Assembly: GCA_951804945.1 (NCBI GenBank)
Contig: OX638153.1
Span: forward strand, 63,550,001 to 63,614,000
DNA: 64,000 nt
Direction: 5' to 3'
Origin: Podarcis cretensis
Lineage: Eukaryota
The position numbers and the translations under genes were made by a program. The first letter of the stretch is position 1. Every line of letters begins with the position of its first letter. This document shows positions 56,903 to 64,000 of this stretch, in pieces. The notes under the pieces are model-generated. The model did not search any database. It saw nothing but the letters and a program-made list of their open reading frames with translations, and was not told where the DNA came from.

Positions 56903-58884
56903 AACTAGATTTCTTAGTAGACATGCCTAGGATTGGGCTGCAAGATAAGACATTCTCTTGGACTGCATGGACTAAAATTTGCTCCTGCAGTCTGACTCAT
57001 CTGTATTCCAGTATAACCATAATCAGCATAAAATGGTTTTATACTGAACTCCTGTCACCCTGAAGAATATCTCATTCTTCTTTAGAAGTGGACTGTAAAA
57101 TGAACCTCGATATGTCCCAGGGTAGCCTCTTCTAGGGTGCCAGGAATCTGAAATCGGTTACAACCAGACTAATGAGCCATAAAAGGGGACTTGCATGCTA
57201 TTTTGTAATTCTCCACACTGGCAAAGATGTATTTGTTCACTTATTTTAATTGCTCCTACTCATGAATCTCTAATTGACTCTTCTTTTGAGGTTTGTAATA
57301 ATAACTGTAAAGAAAAAAATGCAGTTTTAGGTCTGCAATAAAAAAGAGAAAAAAACAGCAAAGACTCCAGTCGAGTTTGTGTTGAAGTATCAGCAACTGA
57401 AGGCACTTTCAAAAGGGACAGAAGGGACAGTTCTTAGTGCAGGGTGTATCAATTGTGAATGCCATTAATGTGTTCTGGAAAATAGAATAGGGCCCCTTAA
57501 AAATCAAGAGCTATGTTCCAAGCAGTGTAGGTTTTACTAATGTAGGAAATATAGGTTATGGTAAAAGTTTGTTTCATTATAGCTTTTTCTGAATTTTGGG
57601 GGTGTTGTCTCATTCTGTGTGTTTGCCAAATAACTGAGAAGCATAGAGAAGATCCTTGCTCCCCTCCCTGAACACAAAACCAGGCTTACCTTCTTTCTGT
57701 CTACAGCATGTAGTACAGCATAAAGTGTGTTTATAGAATGTTATCTTTGTACAGCAGGCGAGTTTTACACATGCTCACAGACACCCCTCTATCTTCCTCC
57801 ATTCAGGAAAGCAGGAGGCACTATCAGAGCTCAAGGCCACAATCCAGCTATGTGAAAACACACAAAGAGAATAGAGAGTAGGGATGGAGAGGGTGTGTGG
57901 CTGGGGTACAGTTGTACTCTAGGGGGAGCTGCCATATTTGCCCTTAAGACCCTCCCCCCACTGCTTTAAGCAACTGCAAAGCAGCCCTGTGAGCAGTGAT
58001 TAAGTTTATACCAGATGCTAACATGAGTGTAGACTAGTGTTGAAAGAGGGAGGAGCAGTTGCACCTAAATTGATCTAGTTGTCTCCAAAGCGACAGCAGA
58101 GATGTTTCATGTTGTCACTCTTTTCCATGCGAAGCAATTGTTCCACCAATTGCTTTTATGCTTTGGCCCTGGTTGTGAGAGCAAAGATATAGCAACTTGC
58201 CCATCATTTTCTCTGCACAGTAGTTAACTTCACATAGACACAAGATCATGTTTTGCAAACCAGAGCAGTGAGCTGATGACTCTGAGGATCAGCCTGTTCC
58301 CACTTGGGAGGATGAGGCTATCCACCACCTGCCAACTTGACTGACCTCATTTAGAGAATTCTGGTATATCCTTGGGTGCTGTGCTGGGCTTATCATTGTA
58401 CATTCCTTTTGATGAACTTCTTGTTCCTATGTGGGCCCAGCATAGAACACTACCTTGAGTCCTATGGGCCCCTCCCCCCCACAAAAACAACCTGTACAAA
58501 ATAATTAGGAATGACTAACAATTTCCCTCTTGCATAGTCCAGGGCCTAGTCATCTCAGTAGTTTTTGACATCCACCAGAAGTTCTAGGGAAAGTGCAACT
58601 GAGTTGGCTGGTTAATTGTCCCAACACGGTGTGCTATGAGTACGCTGCATTGTAATCTCACTGGGATTAATGTCCAGAACCTGTCATGCTCTTCCTGAAG
58701 AAAGGTATAAGATTCTACCTCTGTGTAATGTAAGACACAACCCATCTATTGATATTTGATCCTAAACGTCTTGTAATTCTGGAAGTAGTGGAAGAAAGCA
58801 TTCCAATAGTGGCATGGAATAAGGAAAAGGTTTAGAAAATAACAGGTTTCTTGGTCTAGGGGTATGATTCTCATTTCAAAGAAA

Positions 58885-59030
58885 CACAGAACTGAAGCGT
58901 TGGAAGGGATCTCCAGGGTCATCTAGCCCAACCCCATGCAATGCAGGAATCCTGTCCACAGCCATCCCTGGGTGGGCTCAAACCACCAACCTTCTGGTTA
59001 ACAGCCAGACACACTGACCCATGGCGCCAC
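58885..59030 (-). mobile_element. SINE with tRNA-Asn(GTT)-like head and CR1-type tail
   Basis: Minus strand GTGGCGCCATGGGTCAG...GGCTGTTAACCAGAAGGTTGGTGGTTTGAGCCCACCCAGGGA, then CR1-like tail. Confidence 0.75.
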
Positions 59031-59077
59031 ACGTGTGAGGTTCTAGGCTGACATTCCTGACAAGCTATTCTTATCAG

Positions 59078-59260
59078 GGATGGGCCATGCCTTAGTGGAA
59101 GAGTACATAGCTGAGGGCACAGGTTTATCAGGTCCCAGGTTCAGTTCTTGACATCTGACTGGATCTGTCTGAGACCCTGGAAAGCTGTTGCCAGCCAGAG
59201 CAGACAATGTTTGAGGCACAAACTGTGATCTAGTATAAGGAAGTTTTCCATGTTCTTATG
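59078..59260 (+). mobile_element. Decayed tRNA-derived SINE
   Basis: gtcccaggttca head remnant, gagaccctggaaagctg core, gtataaggaag...atgttc tail. Confidence 0.55.
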
Positions 59261-59492
59261 TCTTCATTGTGAGGAGACTAGAGGTAGAAGATCCATCACC
59301 TTTCCTGTCCCTCCTTCCTCATGTTCCAACTTCTCCCCCGATAGAGAACTTAGGGTGCATAAGGCTAGTATTCCAGCACAGGACCGCATCATTCCTGTTA
59401 GTCCATCCCATGCTGTGAGGTCAGAGACAGTTTCCCCAAACAGGAAAGAGAATCAAACTGAAAACACACACAGGCTTGGTTGATTGATTTCT

Positions 59493-59498
59493 TTTAAT
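59493..59498 (-). terminator. Probable PFKL polyadenylation signal (ATTAAA)
   Basis: ATTAAA on the minus strand followed by GU-rich cctgtgtgtgtttt. Confidence 0.55.
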
Positions 59499-60332
59499 GT
59501 ACTTCTAGAAGTCACAAAGCTGTGGCACAGACAAATACAGGCAACACAGGACACTGAGTTCACAGAAGTGTATTGGGAAGAGTACGCAAAACGGGTGCCA
59601 CCATCGCAGCTGTAGCCAGGAAGATGGCTCAGTCAAACCAGTCAGACAGCGTGGAGAAGAGGGTTTTCCCATGCAAATCCACGACACACTGGGCAACCCC
59701 AGCCCAGCATTCAGACATGCTGCCATGTCCTGGTTGGCATGCATCACCCCAGTGAGGGAAGGTGGGGCAGGGGAAGAGAGGAGCTGTTCCACTGGGGCAG
59801 AAGTTCTTGGTCCCAAATTAGACCCATCATTTGTCTTACAGCACTCCCCAAGTTGGGGAGGCACTTGGGGACCTCACATTCTCTGTGACTCCCATCTAAG
59901 GGACACCCCCTTCTGGACTCCTGCAATCTCCATGGCACCAGGCCCAGAAAGAATCTAAAACCAATCCCCATTGTCCATCAGATTATTGAGTACATGATTC
60001 TTTAAATAGTCTGAATAAAAGAGTAGCCTGGGAAACAGGGATGGACCCTTTCTGGAGTGAATGTGCTGCCTGGAGTGAATAGGCTCCAAAGAGGGAGCCA
60101 CGGACAGAAGAACACTCACCCTCTTAGGCAGTAAGGGGTATACAGCAGTGGGTATGGAGTGATTCTGCAATGTCAGCCAGGCTGGCCTCAGTCACACTCC
60201 TACAGGCTCACAGTGGCACCAGCACTGCACTCAAAAGGCATGAGAAGGCCAGAGGAAGGGGGGGAGTTGTGGGTGTGTGCAGGGAAAAACAATGGAGAAC
60301 TAGTCTGGGGTGAGCAGAAGAGAAGATTGCAG

Positions 60333-60480
60333 CTAGAACCCCTTTTCGATGCTGAGCGTGCGACGGGTGACATGCTCAATCTTCCCAGACACATATTCAG
60401 TCAGGCTGATCTGGTAGTGGGCCAACATCTTCAGCATAAGGCGCAGGTTCAGCCACCATTGCTCCTTGGGGAGCCTGTGT
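60333..60480 (-). CDS. PFKL: PFKL last exon
   Basis: 148 nt including TAG. Confidence 0.95.
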
Positions 60481-63119
60481 CTGCAAGAAAGGAGGGGGAA
60501 AGCGAAGTCAGCACGAGGGTTCAATCTGAGCTGGGGCTCAGCCCTGGAATGTGTGATGTCGTTAGCAATAAACAGAGCAGCTCTGTGCACCTATGAAGTA
60601 AATTCCCCTCTCCTAGTTGGGGGAATTCAAATCTTTGCAAATTGCAACAGGAATTGACCCAGATCTTTACCTCCCAGAGGGATGTACAGATCAGATTCTG
60701 TGCTGAACACAGAAGGCTCAAAAAGTGTAGCAAAATGCGTATTTTACGATAAGGTATAATTACAAGTGTGCACTTTGACGGGAGGGACGCGGGTTAAACC
60801 ACAGAGCCTAGGACTTGATCAGAAGATCGGCGGTTTGAATCCCTGCAACGGGGTGAGCTCCCGTTGCTCGGTCCCTGCTCCTACCAACCTAGCAGTTCGA
60901 AACCATGTCCAAGTGCAAGTAGATAAATAGGGACCGCTCCAGCGGGAAGGTAAACGGTGTTTCCGTGCGCTGCTCTGGTTTGCCAGAAGCGGCTTAGTCA
61001 TGCTGGCCACATGACCCAGAAGCTGTACGCTGGCTACCTCGGACAATAAAGCGAGATGAGCGCCGCAACCCCAGAGTCGGCCACGACTGGACCTAATGGT
61101 CAGGGGTCCCTTTACCTTTACTTTGACGGGAAAAGCTTTCAGCAATTTGTATGTTGTGGGGAAAAAAATCCAAATATACATATTTAAACACCATTTAAAC
61201 ATTTTCTTCTGAAGTTTTTTAAAACTCAAGGAGATTAATGCAGAAATGGGAGGGGATATGGCTGAACACATGTGAAACTGACACAGATCGGAAACATACC
61301 GGCCCGCCCATATCCCTGTTTACAGGCAGCCTCCACCCATCTGTGGCTGTGGAGCATATCTTAAGTAAGAATTCATCAAGGGAGAGGCAGGCAAGGAACT
61401 CACCCAGCTCACTTTGATGCTCAGTATGCTAAATTCTGAACATTTGACTCCCAGTAGGGATGAAAATGTCCCCACTGGCAAGCAAGTCACAAGGCTGGCC
61501 AACAAACAGAGAGTACCTCACCATTTCCCAAAATATCTGGGCACTTCCCACTTCCCTTAGAAAGGAAGCACAAAACAGAGCTAAGAGGACTGTAGTTAAC
61601 GCCTCACAGCCGCTCTGCCCACCAGTCCTTTCTATGAAAAGCACTGGCAGGAAGTGTCCTCCCTGCTCCCAGAATCTCACATTCCGTGACTCAGATGGCA
61701 AAAGAGGTGCCTACTTACTCAAAATCTGTGACTTTCTTGAGCTCAGTCACAGGGCTAAATGACACAGCCTTCCTCTTCAGGCCTATCACACAGGCAGAAT
61801 CGGCAGAATTGGCAAATACCCGGCCTGTGGAAACAGAGAGGACTTTTAGGTGTGGTGCCGAGAAATTCTGATGTCAACCAAACGGCTTGCCATTACTTGA
61901 GAAGGCCTGGATGTGGCTACCCTAGTTGTCTCCGGCAGAGAGCCAGTAGCTATAGAGGCTCCTGGAACCCCAGCAAGTCAACAGGACTCAAGAAAATTAG
62001 TTGCATACTGTTTTCAATGACTATGGGCACACACTGAAATGCTGGCCTCGTGAGCAGTCCCCACAGAGCACTCAGTAGCTTCAAAGCACAAGCACAGCAA
62101 ACCAAGGAGGCCTCACTTTAGGATAGCATCCTCCTCCTAGGTATAGACAAGATGCTTCAAATTACAATGGTTCCCTGGGGTGCCACCCTGCACAGTCCTG
62201 GCTAGGCCCTGGCAGGGAATGGACCATCTCTCATAGTAAGGGGAAAGGCACATGTGCACAGCAGCCTCCTGGCATTTGTCTCTTACTGAAGGAGCAGTGG
62301 TGCTTCACCTGACTCCCTTAATTCCTCTCCTCGGTTGATTAGCAACCGTAAAAGTGGTTGACAGGTAGATGGAGGCATGGTGCATAAGAAGTTCACCTCA
62401 TTCTGCCAAAGTTTTCCTGAGGATCTTCCCTATTACAAAACACCAGGGTGAAAATTTTCGGTTCCCAAGGTGATCCTCTCTGAACATACCCTTGCGGTAA
62501 ACTTCCTTCAACTTCTCCGACATCCACAGTACAGCTTTCACACCCAGCTTGGTGCCGTAGTTGCGGTCAAAGGGGGTTGGGGCACCTCCCTAGAGACAGA
62601 GAAAAGGAAATGAAGGCAGAGCCCAAAGGGTGGTCATGCCACTCCTGCTGCAAGGGAGGCCCAGCTGTTCTTCTGCTGGGGCCATCCCACTGAGCAGCCA
62701 TTTTGCAAGCCTCTTCTGCAAAATGAAGACAGTTCAATGAAAACTAAACAAAAAACCCCGGTCAGCTGAAAGCTGGAAAACAGGACCTTGGCATGTACCC
62801 CACTGCCCTGAATGGAAGAAGTAGCTGATGAGTGTTTTCATGCAAGACAAAAAGTATTCCGGTTACAAACTCTCAAACAAAAGCTCTGCTGTTTTTCCCA
62901 GTTAATATCTGCCTGCCTGCCTTTTCTCCACCAGTAATCTTCTAATCCATTAGAAGTGACTTAGCCTGACACTGCCTTGTGGCTACCCAATATGTAGCAA
63001 TACTTGCCTGCTGGAGGTGGCCTAGGACGTTGATCCTGCAGTCAAATATTCCTTTCCCTTCGGAGGAGTATAAGTTGTAGAGGAACTCAGTGGTATAGTG
63101 CTCGTGGCACTTCTCGTTG
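60333..63119 (-). CDS. PFKL: 6-phosphofructokinase liver type, last four exons (5' part outside window)
   Basis: [12 protein letters not shown]...GHLQQ / [16 protein letters not shown] / [11 protein letters not shown] / HRLPKEQWW...TLSIEKGF*; PFKL-type C-terminus and synteny with CFAP410. Confidence 0.96.
60784..61119 (+). mobile_element. Sauria SINE in PFKL last intron
   Basis: gggacgcgggt start, cctttaccttt tail, perfect 12-bp TSD actttgacggga (60772-60783 / 61120-61131). Confidence 0.92.
61719..61824 (-). CDS. PFKL: PFKL penultimate exon
   Basis: 106 nt. Confidence 0.95.
62490..62589 (-). CDS. PFKL: PFKL exon ([10 protein letters not shown]...YRK)
   Basis: 100 nt. Confidence 0.95.
63008..63119 (-). 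CDS. PFKL: PFKL exon (NEKCH...GHLQQ), GC donor
   Basis: 112 nt; CAG|gcaagt. Confidence 0.93.
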
Positions 63120-63149
63120 CTAAGAAGACAGCAAAAGGGAGAAGGCACT

Positions 63150-63335
63150 TTAAAACACAGGCAGCTGCCTAATAATACCAAGTCAAAACTCATCTAGCTC
63201 AGTGCTGTTGACACTTGACAAGCAGTGGAGCTTCAGGATTTCAGGAAGGAGCATTTTCCCAGGCCTGGTGGGAATCGAACCCAGGGACTTTTACATGAAA
63301 TGTATGTGCTTTACCTGCTGAGCTACAGCCCCTCC
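63150..63335 (-). mobile_element. tRNA-derived SINE
   Basis: Minus strand ggggctgtagctcag (A box) ... gggttcgattccc (B box). Confidence 0.7.
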
Positions 63336-64000
63336 TCCCCTTTGATGCACTAAGTGAGTATGACTGTATCTCTCACAGAAAATACAGCATAGAAAGCATC
63401 ATGGGCCCAACTGATTTAAAATGCTGAAGCCCTCGGTGGCGGAGTCTCGTGTTTTTTATACACTGGCTTTTTCCATACAAGACCTTCTGCCCTCTGATTT
63501 CATAAGGAGGGCCCTGCTTCAGGTTTCATCTCCTAATCCACAACAAGAATAAAGGGTGGGGCTTTCTTGGTAGAAATCCAATGAAACACACCAGGGTCAC
63601 TCATTCTTAACTCATTCTTGATCTTGTTTCAGTGACTGGTTCCTGATTGTACACTGCATTTTTATTGGGTTTTTCAGGATATATGTTTTAGCTTTTAAAA
63701 ATATTTTCTGAGGTTCTGAATTCTGCACACAGAATTTATCTTAATTCCAAAACAAGGGAAAGACAGTTTTTGGAAAGAAAAATCAAAATGAAGTGAGTTT
63801 GTTTGCACAAGTTAACAACACCAGGGATAAGAGCTTTGGAGAAGAGTCCTTTATGATCCAAGAAGTGTGCGGGATTGAATATTCTTAAAGTTTTGCTCTG
63901 CCAGGACTACACAGAGAACTGGGTTTCAGGCAAATGCTGACAAAATTTAGACAAAGGAAGCAGAACTAAACCAGTGACAGTGTAGCCAGCTACTGAGCAC

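Noticed and set aside
60300-60335. PFKL stop-codon readthrough (TAG-C)
   Set aside because: Extension LQSSLLLTPD* has no PTS1 or other targeting motif, and the context is not the TGA-CTAG type.
63961-63972. Minus-strand GLVL resembling the end of the preceding PFKL exon
   Set aside because: No donor site follows and the flanking residues do not match; coincidental.

Overview
Vertebrate genomic DNA from a squamate reptile, probably a lacertid lizard (inferred from Sauria SINEs and the lizard-type MITE/CR1 repeats). The window matches the conserved amniote block PFKL-CFAP410-TRPM2-LRRC3. It contains: (1) a CpG island with a probable non-coding first exon on the minus strand at about 2851-3135, assigned to LRRC3 by synteny only; (2) a complete TRPM2 gene on the minus strand with 32 coding exons (40275 to 8861; 4524 nt, 1507 aa); (3) a complete CFAP410/C21orf2 gene on the plus strand with 7 coding exons (47580-54145, 257 aa); (4) the last four exons and 3'UTR of PFKL on the minus strand. 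Introns carry many SINEs, LINE fragments and hAT or Tc1/mariner MITEs. I found no convincing wholly new biological system. The best leads, all untested hypotheses, are: an intronic strong-Kozak ATG that could give a stand-alone NUDT9-H protein; inverted Sauria SINEs bracketing a 669-nt in-frame exon block (candidate circRNA); a trinucleotide-repeat poly-Ala uORF; a possible CFAP410 N-terminal extension; and lineage-specific TRPM2 substitutions. Exon coordinates were read by hand and checked by splice-phase arithmetic. Comparisons with human proteins are from memory, not from a database search.
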